From: Hydrogenophilales bacterium
Lineage (GTDB): Bacteria > Pseudomonadota > Gammaproteobacteria > Burkholderiales > Thiobacillaceae
Assembly: GCA_023258975.1 (NCBI GenBank)
Contig: JAHFRD010000007.1
Span: forward strand, 26,058 to 90,057
Direction: 5' to 3'
DNA length: 64,000 nucleotides
How positions within the stretch are numbered: position 1 is the first letter of the stretch; each line of letters starts with the position of its first letter. The notes below the pieces were generated by a model. It did not search any database and had not been told where the DNA came from. It saw nothing but the letters and a program-made list of their open reading frames with translations. The position numbers and the translations under genes are program-made. Positions 48,901 through 64,000 of this stretch are shown here, one piece after another.

Positions 48901-51585
48901 TTCGCCCAGGACAACCACGACCGCATCGACCTGATCCCGGAAAGGAAACACTACGAACCTGGCCAGACCGCGCGCTTCCAGGTGCGCATGCCGTACCGCA
49001 AGGCCACCGCCCTGGTTACCGTGGAACGCGAGGGCGTGCTCGACGCGCGCGTGGTCACCCTGTCCGGCAAGGCGCCGGTGCTGGATATTCCGGTCAAGGC
49101 CGGGTGGGCGCCCAATGTTTTCGTCTCCGCCCTGGTACTGCGCGGCCGCAACGACGACATCAAGCCCAGCGCGCTGGTCGATCTGGGCCGCCCCGCGTTC
49201 AAGCTGGGCATCGCCGGCATCGAGGTGGGCCAGCAGGCGCATCGCTTGAACGTGGAGGTGAAAACCGACCGCGCCAGCTACCAGATTCGCGAAAAAGCCA
49301 AAGTGCGGGTCAAGGTGCGCACGCCGGAAGGCAAGGCGCCCCCGGTCGGCACCGAGATCACCCTGGCCGCCGTCGATGAAGGCTTGCTGGAACTCGCCCC
49401 CAACTCAAGCTGGAAGCTGCTGGAAGCCATGATGGCCGAACGCGGTTATGCCGTGCGAACCTTCACCGCGCAGATGCAGATCACCGGCAAACGCCACTTC
49501 GGCAAGAAGGCCCTGCCCGCCGGCGGTGGCGGCGGCAAGCTGCCGACGCGCGAGCTGTTCGACACCCTGCTGTTCTGGCGGGGCAGCCTGACGCTCGACG
49601 CGAACGGCGAAGCCGACGTCGAGGTGCCGCTGAACGACAGCCTCACCGCCTTCCGCATCGTCGCCATCGCCGCCTCGGAAACCCGCTTCGGCAGCGGGGA
49701 TGCCGGCATCCGCTCCACTCAGGATTTGCAGCTGGTTTCCGGCCTGCCGCCGGTGGTGCGCGAGGGCGACCGCCTGCAAGCCCATGTCACGGTGCGCAAC
49801 GGCAGCGAGCGCTGGATGCGGGTCGAGGTGAGCGGCGCAGCCCAGGGCCAGAAAGACCTGCCGCCGCAAACCGCGCGCCTCGCCGCCGGGGAAAGCCGGG
49901 AACTGGCCTGGCCGGTCGTCGTGCCGGAACGTGGGGACAGTCTGGAATGGACGTTCAACGCAAGCGAGGTCGGCGGCAAGGGGCGGGACGCCCTCAAGGT
50001 GAAGCAGGCGGTGCGCGATGCCGTGCCGGTGCGCGTGCAGTCCTCGGCCCTGTATCGCGTGGAAAACAAACTGGAGCTGCCGGTGGCCACGCCCGCCGAA
50101 GCGCTTCCCGGCAGCGGCGAACTGCGCGCCACCCTGGCGGCCAGCCTGCTCGACGGCCAGACCTCGTTGCGCGACTACATGCGCCGCTACCCCTATGCCT
50201 GTCTTGAGCAGAAGGCCTCGAAGGCCATCGCCACGCGCGACAACAGCGCCTGGCAGGCGCTGCTGGACGATCTGCCCACCTATCAGGCGGAGAGCGGCCT
50301 GCTCGACTTCTTCCCCGGCGCCGGCGAAGGCAGCGTCGCGCTCACCGCCTATGTGTTGTCCATCGCCCACGAGGCCGGCTGGAACCTGCCGGTGGATGCC
50401 AGGGCGCGCATGGAAAACGCCTTGGAGGGCTATGTCGCGGGCAAGCTGGAAACCCGGCGCGGCGTCTGGGAAGCATCCGGCGGCGGCCCGGTGTCGCGGC
50501 TCGCCGCCCTGGAAGCCCTGTCGCGCGGCGGCAAGGCGACACCGGCGCTGATCGCCACCGTCAAAACGGAACCCCGGCTGTGGGCCACTTCGGCGCTGAT
50601 CGACTGGATCGGCATCCTTAAACGCGCGCCCACCCTGGCGCAACGCGACGCCTTGCTGAAAGAGGCCCATGCCGCGCTGGAGAGCCGCTTCACCTACGGC
50701 GGCCGCCGTCTCGACTTCGCCAACGAGGCGGGCGACGGCCTCTGGTGGATGATGGCTTCCGCCGATAGCAACGCCCTGCGCGCGCTGCTCGCCCTGGTCG
50801 ATGAACCGGCCTGGAAGGAGCGGCTGCCCAGGTTCGCCGCCGCCGTGCTGGGGCGGCAACGGGAGGGGCGCTGGAATACCACCACCGCCAACGCCTGGGG
50901 CACGCTGGCGCTGGAGCGCTACCAGCAACGCTTCGAGGCGGTGAAGCCGGCCGGCAAGAGCTATGTGGCGCTGGGCAAGGAAGGGCGGTTGATCGACTGG
51001 AGTGTGTTCTCCAATGGGGCCACCGCCTTCCTGCCGCTGGGCTCCGGGGCGGCGACCCTGCACGTCAAGCATGAAGGACAGGGTGAACCCTATGTCGGCG
51101 TCACCATCCTGGCGGCCGTGCCGATCAAAGCCCCGGTGCAACACGGCTACGGCATCCGCCGCGAGCTGTTGCCGATCGACCAGAAAATTCCCGGCAAATG
51201 GAGCCGGGGCGATGTCGTGCGCGTGCGCTTGAGCATCGACGCCCGCGACGATATGGGCTGGGTGGTCGTGGAAGACCCCATTCCCGCCGGCGCCAGCATT
51301 CTCGCCGGCAGCGGCAAACGCGGCTCCACCCTGCTTGCTCAAGGCGAGGGTGGCAACCTCGGTGGCAACCCCGGCGGAAACGCCTGGCCGGCCTGGCGGG
51401 AACACTTGTTCGACACTTTCCGCGCCTACTACGAATGGCTGCCGCGCGGCCACCATGGCGTTGAATACACCCTGCGCCTGAACAACGACGGCGCCTACCA
51501 CCTACCGCCCACGCGGGTGGAAGCGATGTATGCGCCAGAGCTATACGGCGAAGCGCCGAATGGGGTGTTCGAGGTCGGGAAATGA
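45940..51585 (+). CDS. Very large secreted alpha-2-macroglobulin-family protein with a thioester motif
   Basis: About 1881 aa from the MNKLGFLLVIWSGFCAAAS signal peptide. The CLEQ thioester motif lies at 50200-50211 (YPYACLEQKASKA). The long repetitive beta-rich N-terminal region is consistent with MG domains. Confidence 0.8.
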   Translation: MNKLGFLLVIWSGFCAAASLESFTPTGEQLEARQARARFSAPMAPLGRGDAAAPFRVECGVPGSGHWEDERTWVYDLERAPPAGAPCRFLPRADLAALDGEKVAAAAEYGFSNAGPRVQWSLPFVSETVDEEQAFVLFLNGPARPESVLAKVRCEIQGIHEQVPVTRVSGGERARLLAQLRSRLDDMNTTWEGGSPEADPRLEVVRCGRALPANAGFDLVWGEGVSTPSGQRNPGDQRLTFRVRDHFVARMRCQKENAKAGCMPLTPIHLEFTAPVSREQLDKITLRDAKGKHHARQKVESPPASDDGVVFPGPFPAKADLTLSLPAGLVDDKGRELVNAARFPLSFRMADDPPLLKFSGDFGIIERVAGGLLPLTARNLEPDTSGATAAKVRWLRVTDDAAILAWRARVKKIDHPDFDQQLKRYPETRHAQLLGDWEAGVVEQRLPKPNGARAFEVVGVPLRAPGFYVVEAESKRLGKSLLDQNVPMFVRTTALVTNLGVHFKWGEGASLAWVTRLDLGTPVAGARIAVLDCKSRLLAQATTDKQGMALIPQGMLGFQNSPRNAQWDCPLMVSARADDDMSFAFSDWNEGIEAWRFGLPESWSGDKRQAHSVLDRVLFRPGDTAHMKHFLRDRQAFGLSYSSKPLRTLLIEHGASRQSWFLPLAWKNGAAESTWKVPPGAKRGDYRLRLLDKEIKPGSGPNELQYLDGLDSGAFSVGDFRVPLMKVSIDPVRPSWLATEAAEYDLAVSYFSGNSGGNSGGGGAKHLAVKLRAQMEPWRNVDFAGYEDFDFAVRHDTDQGGEESDPVALAAATLNLDAGGGARGKVAGIPALAMPHKLRVELEYADPNGEIQTVSTTTPWWPANVVLGLKKGDWARAGTRHSLTFQAVDPQGRPVANAPIEVKMALRQTFGYRERLAGGFYGYRNETRETALPDTCDGKSDARGRFTCAARTEQGGEVVIVATARDAQGRIAKTTHSYWVAGRDEWVFAQDNHDRIDLIPERKHYEPGQTARFQVRMPYRKATALVTVEREGVLDARVVTLSGKAPVLDIPVKAGWAPNVFVSALVLRGRNDDIKPSALVDLGRPAFKLGIAGIEVGQQAHRLNVEVKTDRASYQIREKAKVRVKVRTPEGKAPPVGTEITLAAVDEGLLELAPNSSWKLLEAMMAERGYAVRTFTAQMQITGKRHFGKKALPAGGGGGKLPTRELFDTLLFWRGSLTLDANGEADVEVPLNDSLTAFRIVAIAASETRFGSGDAGIRSTQDLQLVSGLPPVVREGDRLQAHVTVRNGSERWMRVEVSGAAQGQKDLPPQTARLAAGESRELAWPVVVPERGDSLEWTFNASEVGGKGRDALKVKQAVRDAVPVRVQSSALYRVENKLELPVATPAEALPGSGELRATLAASLLDGQTSLRDYMRRYPYACLEQKASKAIATRDNSAWQALLDDLPTYQAESGLLDFFPGAGEGSVALTAYVLSIAHEAGWNLPVDARARMENALEGYVAGKLETRRGVWEASGGGPVSRLAALEALSRGGKATPALIATVKTEPRLWATSALIDWIGILKRAPTLAQRDALLKEAHAALESRFTYGGRRLDFANEAGDGLWWMMASADSNALRALLALVDEPAWKERLPRFAAAVLGRQREGRWNTTTANAWGTLALERYQQRFEAVKPAGKSYVALGKEGRLIDWSVFSNGATAFLPLGSGAATLHVKHEGQGEPYVGVTILAAVPIKAPVQHGYGIRRELLPIDQKIPGKWSRGDVVRVRLSIDARDDMGWVVVEDPIPAGASILAGSGKRGSTLLAQGEGGNLGGNPGGNAWPAWREHLFDTFRAYYEWLPRGHHGVEYTLRLNNDGAYHLPPTRVEAMYAPELYGEAPNGVFEVGK

Positions 51586-51792
51586 AGGGCGCCGAGTTTC
51601 TGGATTCACGAAACGTGTGAGTTGCAGATGCGCAAATCACTTGTCGTGATTTCGGTCGACGGTACGCGTCGGTAGTGTTTCTCGTCGACGGCCTTGATTT
51701 CGGCATCTTGCAAATTTTGATGGGGGGTGTGAACTGTTGCGCCACGCTGCCCGGATAACACGCGGCTCCCGAGTGTGCGCGATGTGTGTTGA

Positions 51793-53562
<1,770 letters not shown>

Positions 53563-53624
53563 GGGCCGTTGCGAATGTGTGTTTTTTTGCTCCGGCGCGC
53601 ATTCAACCCATTTCAGGATGAAAC

Positions 53625-54476
53625 ATGAAACTCTGCGGCTTTGAAGTCGGCCTCGACCAACCCCTGTTCCTGATCGCCGGCCCCTGCGTGATCGAATCGG
53701 AGCAGATGGCGCTGGATACCGCCGGCGCGCTCAAGGAAATCTGCGCCGAGGTCGGCATCCACTTCATCTACAAATCCTCCTTCGACAAGGCCAACCGTTC
53801 TTCCGGCAAGTCGTTCCGGGGGCTGGGGCTGGACGAGGGCCTGCGCATCCTGTCCGAAGTGAAGAAACAACTCGGCCTTCCGGTCATCACCGATATTCAC
53901 ACCGAGGCGGAAATCGCCCCGGTGGCGGCGGTGGTGGATGTCCTGCAAACCCCCGCCTTCCTGTGCCGGCAGACCGATTTCATCCAGGCCTGCGCCGCTT
54001 CCGGCAAGCCGGTGAACATCAAGAAGGGCCAGTTCCTGGCGCCCGGCGACATGAAGAACGTGGTCGCCAAGGCGAAGGACGCGATTCTGGCAAAGGCGGG
54101 CGACACGGACAGCATCATGGTGTGCGAGCGCGGCGTTTCGTTCGGCTACAACACTTTGATTTCCGACATGCGCGGCCTGGCCATCATGCGCGACACCGGC
54201 TGCCCGGTGGTGTTCGACGCCACCCACTCGGTGCAGCAGCCGGGCGGGCAGGGCGATCGTTCCGGTGGTCAGCGCGAGTTCGTTCCGGTGCTGGCGCGGG
54301 CGGCGGTGGCCGTGGGCATCGCCGGCCTGTTCGCGGAAACCCATCCCGACCCGGCCAAGGCACTTTCCGACGGCCCCAATGCCTGGCCGCTGCATCTGAT
54401 GAAGGAATTGCTGCATACCCTCAAGGACATTGATGCCTTGGTGAAACAACAGGGCTTTATCGAAGCCCGTTTGTAA
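53625..54476 (+). CDS. kdsA: 3-deoxy-8-phosphooctulonate synthase
   Basis: [32 protein letters not shown]. Confidence 0.95.
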   Translation: MKLCGFEVGLDQPLFLIAGPCVIESEQMALDTAGALKEICAEVGIHFIYKSSFDKANRSSGKSFRGLGLDEGLRILSEVKKQLGLPVITDIHTEAEIAPVAAVVDVLQTPAFLCRQTDFIQACAASGKPVNIKKGQFLAPGDMKNVVAKAKDAILAKAGDTDSIMVCERGVSFGYNTLISDMRGLAIMRDTGCPVVFDATHSVQQPGGQGDRSGGQREFVPVLARAAVAVGIAGLFAETHPDPAKALSDGPNAWPLHLMKELLHTLKDIDALVKQQGFIEARL

Positions 54477-54504
54477 TCGGCGGCCACCCGCCGTCTTACT
54501 GTGA

Positions 54505-55803
<1,299 letters not shown>

Positions 55804-55804
55804 A

Positions 55805-56136
55805 ATGCGTGGTCTGTCCTGGGCGCTGGCGGTGCTTATCCTCCTGTTGCAATACCCGCTCTGGCTGGGCAAGGGCAGCTGGCTGCGGGTATGGGAGCTG
55901 GAACGGGAGGTGAACGCTCAGAAGACCGCCAATCTGGCCCTGGAAGCACGCAACGTCCAATTGGGCGCGGAGGCGCAGGATCTGCACGGCGGTTATGATG
56001 CGCTGGAGGGACGCGCCCGTTTCGAGTTGGGCATGGTGCGGGCCGACGAAGTTTTCATTCATGTAATCGACCCTGAAGGCGGCAAAACGTCAGACGGCGA
56101 CGTCGGCGTTTCGCCGCGCGAGGAGAGCAAAAAGCC

Positions 56137-56140
<4 letters not shown>
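55805..56140 (+). CDS. ftsB: Cell division protein FtsB
   Basis: MRGLSWALAVLILLLQYPLWLGKGSW followed by a coiled coil. It sits directly after eno. Confidence 0.85.
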
Positions 56141-60480
<4,340 letters not shown>

Positions 60481-60643
60481 GGCGGGAGAGGGAACTCGGG
60501 AGCCCGCCGGAACGAACCGGCGCCCGGCCTACAACCGCTCACGCAAACCACGTAGAATCGCCGCGCCCGCGTGGTAACCCGACAGCCTCGCCAAGGCAAG
60601 GACACGCGATAAACCACTCGATAAGCGTTTGAACCCAGGTTAA

Positions 60644-61417
60644 ATGCGGATTCTCCTCAGCAATGACGACGGCTATTTCGCCCCCGGACTCGCCGTCCTC
60701 GCCGCCACCCTCGGCCGTCATGGCCATGAAATCACGGTGGTCGCCCCCGAGCGCGACCGCAGCGGCGCGAGCAATTCCCTGACACTGGATCGGCCGTTGA
60801 TGGTGCGCGAGACGCCGGGCGGCTTTCACTATGTCAACGGCACTCCCACGGACTGCGTGCACCTGGCGGTGACCGGCTTGTTGCCGCACCTGCCCGACAT
60901 GGTCATTTCCGGCATCAACCACGGCGCCAACATGGGGGACGACACGGTGTATTCCGGCACCGTGGCGGCCGCGACCGAAGGGTTCCTGCTGGGCATTCCC
61001 TCCGTGGCGGTCTCGCTGGCCAACGTATCGTTTGCCAAATCGTTTGCCAATACCCAGGATGAAAACTTCCAGACGGCGGCGGATTACATTGCCGGGCTGG
61101 TGGCGCGCTTCGCCGAGCGGCCTTTCCCCGAGCACGTGCTGCTCAACGTCAACGTTCCCGATGTGCCGGCCGACCGGATCACCGGGGTGGAAGTCACCCG
61201 GCTGGGACGCCGCCACAAGGCGCAGGACACGGTGAAGACCATCAATCCACGCAACCAGACCATGTACTGGGTGGGCGCGGCGGGCGCGGCGCAGGACGCC
61301 GGCGCGGGCACGGATTTCCACGCCCTGGCGCGCGGCTGCATTTCCCTCACCCCCTTGCAACTGGACCTGACCCGCTATGCCCAGATGGGCCTGGTCGAAG
61401 ACTGGTTGGCGCGATGA
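60644..61417 (+). CDS. surE: 5'/3'-nucleotidase SurE
   Basis: [37 protein letters not shown]. Confidence 0.95.
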   Translation: MRILLSNDDGYFAPGLAVLAATLGRHGHEITVVAPERDRSGASNSLTLDRPLMVRETPGGFHYVNGTPTDCVHLAVTGLLPHLPDMVISGINHGANMGDDTVYSGTVAAATEGFLLGIPSVAVSLANVSFAKSFANTQDENFQTAADYIAGLVARFAERPFPEHVLLNVNVPDVPADRITGVEVTRLGRRHKAQDTVKTINPRNQTMYWVGAAGAAQDAGAGTDFHALARGCISLTPLQLDLTRYAQMGLVEDWLAR

Positions 61418-62067
61418 ACGTCGGCATCGGCATGATCTCGCAGCGCACCCGGGGGCGCATGCTGGAGCGGCTCAAGGAGCAGGGCATCAAGGATGCGATG
61501 GTGCTGGCCGCCATGAACGCGATGCCGCGCCACCCCTTCGTGGAAGAAGCGCTGCATTCGCGCGCTTATGAAGACACGCCGCTGCCCATCGGCCAGGGCC
61601 AGACCATCTCCAGCCCCTATACCGTCGCGCGTTCCTGCGAGCTGGCCTGCCAGGGCCGCATCCTGGAACGGGTGCTGGAAATAGGCGGTGGTTGCGGCTA
61701 TCAGGCGGCGGTGCTGTCGCGGTTGGCGAAAGAAGTGGTCAGTGTCGAGCGCATCGCCAAACTGGTCGGCCGCGCGCGCCTGACCTTGCGCGGCCTGCGC
61801 GTCAACAACGTGCTGATGAAGAACGCTGACGGCAGCCACGGCTTCAAGGAAGCCGCGCCGTTCGACGCCATCATCGTCGCCGCCGCCATGCCCTACATTC
61901 CCGAAGAGTTGAAACACCAGCTCAAGCCTGGTGGCCGTCTCGTGGCCCCGGTCGGCGCGGGCGAATCGCAGGTTCTGGTGGTGGTGGACGCCGATCCGGA
62001 GGGTGGTTACCGCGAGCGTATTCTGGAGGCGGTCAAGTTCGTGCCCTTGCTGGAGGGCGTGAGCTGA
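61414..62067 (+). CDS. pcm: Protein-L-isoaspartate O-methyltransferase
   Basis: [26 protein letters not shown]. Confidence 0.95.
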   Translation: MNVGIGMISQRTRGRMLERLKEQGIKDAMVLAAMNAMPRHPFVEEALHSRAYEDTPLPIGQGQTISSPYTVARSCELACQGRILERVLEIGGGCGYQAAVLSRLAKEVVSVERIAKLVGRARLTLRGLRVNNVLMKNADGSHGFKEAAPFDAIIVAAAMPYIPEELKHQLKPGGRLVAPVGAGESQVLVVVDADPEGGYRERILEAVKFVPLLEGVS

Positions 62068-62099
62068 CCCGGCCGCTCGCCTCCCCAATCGTCTGTTCA

Positions 62100-62831
62100 T
62101 TGCTGGCCATGTTCGCGGGCTGCGCCGGCACCCACACCGCCGCGCCGATACGCGAGCTCCCGCATGGCGGGCCGCTGGCGGCCGGCAAACCGCCGCCCCC
62201 GGTGGCGCCCGGTTACTACCGGATTCAGCCGGGTGACACCCTCTACAAGATCGCCTTCGAACACAATCAGGACACGCTCGATCTGGCGGCCTGGAACCAT
62301 CTCGGCGACCCCGACCGCATTCGCGCCGGCGATACGTTGCGCGTGGCGCCGCCCAAGCCCGCGCTCGCCGCGCGCGCCGCGCCGCCGCCGACGCAAACCA
62401 GAATGCCGGCGAATCAGGCATCCACGCAGCCCGCCGCCTCCGCAGTGGCGGAGGACATCGCGCCCGACATCTGGTCCTGGCCCCTGCGCGGCCCGTTGCT
62501 GGCGCGTTTCGGAGAAGGCCTGAACAAGGGCATCGACATTGCCGGCCCGCGCGGCATGTTGGTGCAGGCCGCCGCGCCCGGCCGGGTCGTTTATGCGGGC
62601 TCCGGGTTGCGGGGCTACGGAAAACTCATCATTATCCGCCACGGCAAAACCTTGCTTTCCGCCTATGCGCACAATGCGCGCATCCTGGTTTCGGAAGGGC
62701 AGAGCGTCGCGCGCGGCCAGGCCGTGGGCGAGATTGGCGATAGCGACGCCGACCAGGTCAAGCTGCATTTCGAGATTCGTGAGCGGGGTTTGCCGGTCGA
62801 TCCGCTGATTTATCTCCCTAATGCCGGTTAG
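62100..62831 (+). CDS. nlpD: LysM/M23 murein hydrolase activator lipoprotein NlpD
   Basis: MLAMFAGC lipobox (TTG start), LysM segment YRIQPGDTLYKIA, and an M23 domain. Confidence 0.85.
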   Translation: MLAMFAGCAGTHTAAPIRELPHGGPLAAGKPPPPVAPGYYRIQPGDTLYKIAFEHNQDTLDLAAWNHLGDPDRIRAGDTLRVAPPKPALAARAAPPPTQTRMPANQASTQPAASAVAEDIAPDIWSWPLRGPLLARFGEGLNKGIDIAGPRGMLVQAAAPGRVVYAGSGLRGYGKLIIIRHGKTLLSAYAHNARILVSEGQSVARGQAVGEIGDSDADQVKLHFEIRERGLPVDPLIYLPNAG

Positions 62832-62883
62832 CAGCCTGTCGGGTGCGCCGGCCAGTACAAACCGACAGGCCGTAGGAGCAACG

Positions 62884-63816
62884 ATGCAGGATGAACGCGA
62901 TCTCGACGCGGAACCGGAAATGCGGGAGAGCCCGGACGGAAGCATCATTCCCCCCCCTTCGACCGAGCCTCATTACGAGTACGACGACCTTCCCGATGTC
63001 ACCCAGCTCTACCTCAACGAAATCGGACGCGAGGGCCTGCTGACGCCCGAGCAGGAGCGCACCCTGTCGACGCGGGCGCGTGAAGGCGATTTCGCGGCGC
63101 GGCAGAAGATGATCGAACACAACCTGCGCCTGGTCGTGAATATCGCCAAGCACTATCTCAAGCGCGGCCTGACCCTGCTGGACCTGATCGAGGAAGGCAA
63201 TCTCGGGCTGATGCACGCCCTGGAAAAATTCGAACCGGAACGCGGCTTCCGCTTTTCCACCTATGCCACCTGGTGGATACGCCAGAACATCGAGCGGGCG
63301 ATCATGAACCAGTCGCGCACCATCCGCCTGCCGGTGCATGTCATCAAGGAACTCAACATCTTCCTGCGCGCGCAGCGGCATCTGGAAATGCATGGCGTGC
63401 CGGATGCCGGCCCGGAAGAAATCGCCGGTCTCACCGGCAAACCAGTGGAGGAGGTGCGCCGCGTGCTCGCCCTGAACGACCGGGTGGCCTCCCTGGATGC
63501 GCCTTTGGACATCGACCCCACGCTTTCCATAGGCGAGTCGATCGCCGACGAACATTCGGAAAAGCCGGAAGACATGCTGCAACTGGCCGAGATCGAACAC
63601 TATGTGCGCGAGTGGATGGCGGAACTCAGCGAAAAGCAGCGCTGGGTGATCGAATGCCGCTTCGGCCTCAACAACCAGGATGTCTCCACCCTGGAGCAAC
63701 TGGCCGAACAACTCGGCGTGACCCGTGAGCGGGTGCGCCAGATCCAGGTCGAGGCGCTGCAAGCCCTGCGCCGCATCCTGAGGCGCAAGGGCGTATCGAA
63801 GGACGGCCTGCTGTAG
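62884..63816 (+). CDS. rpoS: RNA polymerase sigma factor RpoS
   Basis: Start taken at MQDERDLDAEPE. Regions 2-4 are present (LIEEGNLGLMHALEKFEPERGFRFSTYATWWIRQ). It follows surE-pcm-nlpD. Confidence 0.85.
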   Translation: MQDERDLDAEPEMRESPDGSIIPPPSTEPHYEYDDLPDVTQLYLNEIGREGLLTPEQERTLSTRAREGDFAARQKMIEHNLRLVVNIAKHYLKRGLTLLDLIEEGNLGLMHALEKFEPERGFRFSTYATWWIRQNIERAIMNQSRTIRLPVHVIKELNIFLRAQRHLEMHGVPDAGPEEIAGLTGKPVEEVRRVLALNDRVASLDAPLDIDPTLSIGESIADEHSEKPEDMLQLAEIEHYVREWMAELSEKQRWVIECRFGLNNQDVSTLEQLAEQLGVTRERVRQIQVEALQALRRILRRKGVSKDGLL

Positions 63817-63845
63817 GCCGCCCGCCGGAACCTGGCCGCCTGGTT

Positions 63846-64000
63846 CTACCGCTGATTCGCGACGATGCGATTGCGGCCGGCGTGTTTGGCCAGATAAAGC
63901 CTCTGGTCGGCCTGTTCGATCAGGCTGTCGACCACGCTGTCCGGCTTGGCGGCGGCGACGCCGGCGCTGAAAGCCACCTTGAAGATGGCTTCCTTGTCGC
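63846..64000 (-). CDS. C-terminal end of a GGDEF-domain protein; the 5' part lies outside the window
   Basis: The rc reads ...DKEAIFKVAFSAGVAAAKPDSVVDSLIEQADQRLYLAKHAGRNRIVANQR-stop (stop = rc of cta 63846-63848). The ADQ.LY.AK..GRNR ending is typical of diguanylate cyclases. Confidence 0.7.
   Translation of the reverse strand, partial: DKEAIFKVAFSAGVAAAKPDSVVDSLIEQADQRLYLAKHAGRNRIVANQR

Noticed and set aside
45709-51501. 1177-aa (45709..49242) and 698-aa (49405..51501) minus-strand ORFs
   Set aside because: Both lie antisense to the alpha-2-macroglobulin gene, which has a signal peptide, a thioester motif and coherent sequence. The minus-strand products are R/G/A/H-rich junk.
60549-60558. 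TAGAAT -10-like hexamer upstream of surE
   Set aside because: There is no acceptable -35 at 16-18 bp spacing, and a single hexamer match in 160 bp is expected by chance.

Overview
High-GC proteobacterial chromosome. The gene order (mlaFEDCB, ABC-2 pair, bolA-like, murA, his genes, HIT, tatABC; pyrG-kdsA-eno-ftsB; zipA-ligA; surE-pcm-nlpD-rpoS) looks betaproteobacterial, and most of the window is ordinary housekeeping DNA. Many long ORFs in the six-frame track are antisense shadows of real genes, as expected at this GC content, and I did not call them. Accessory or decayed DNA sits in four places. (1) 4.4-8.7 kb holds a P-type ATPase C-terminal relic, an IS3-like and an IS630-like transposase fragment, a 38-bp direct duplication and a small prophage relic, all packed around tRNA-Pro(CGG), ispB and tRNA-Thr(CGU). 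(2) 12.6-14.5 kb holds two unassigned secreted proteins, one Cys-rich and one a Met/Trp-rich 13-residue tandem-repeat protein, plus a half-length DUF72-like ORF. (3) About 15 kb lies between murA and hisD, where I expect hisG: glgA, a PAS-MCP, gnd-like, zwf, truC, an M23 peptidase, a short DUF1631-like ORF and an RND efflux operon. (4) hisC is inverted inside the his cluster. The most unusual signals are nucleotide-level. A GC-rich nested-palindrome element is inserted in frame into the ABC-F ATPase gene, with a related copy in a different frame inside the efflux outer-membrane gene. A 276-bp MITE-like element with 31-bp terminal inverted repeats sits exactly between the RND adaptor and pump genes. 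I found no CRISPR array, no rRNA and no recognisable defence or secondary-metabolite cluster. All domain and family assignments come from reading motifs by eye and from memory of family signatures; no searches were run.
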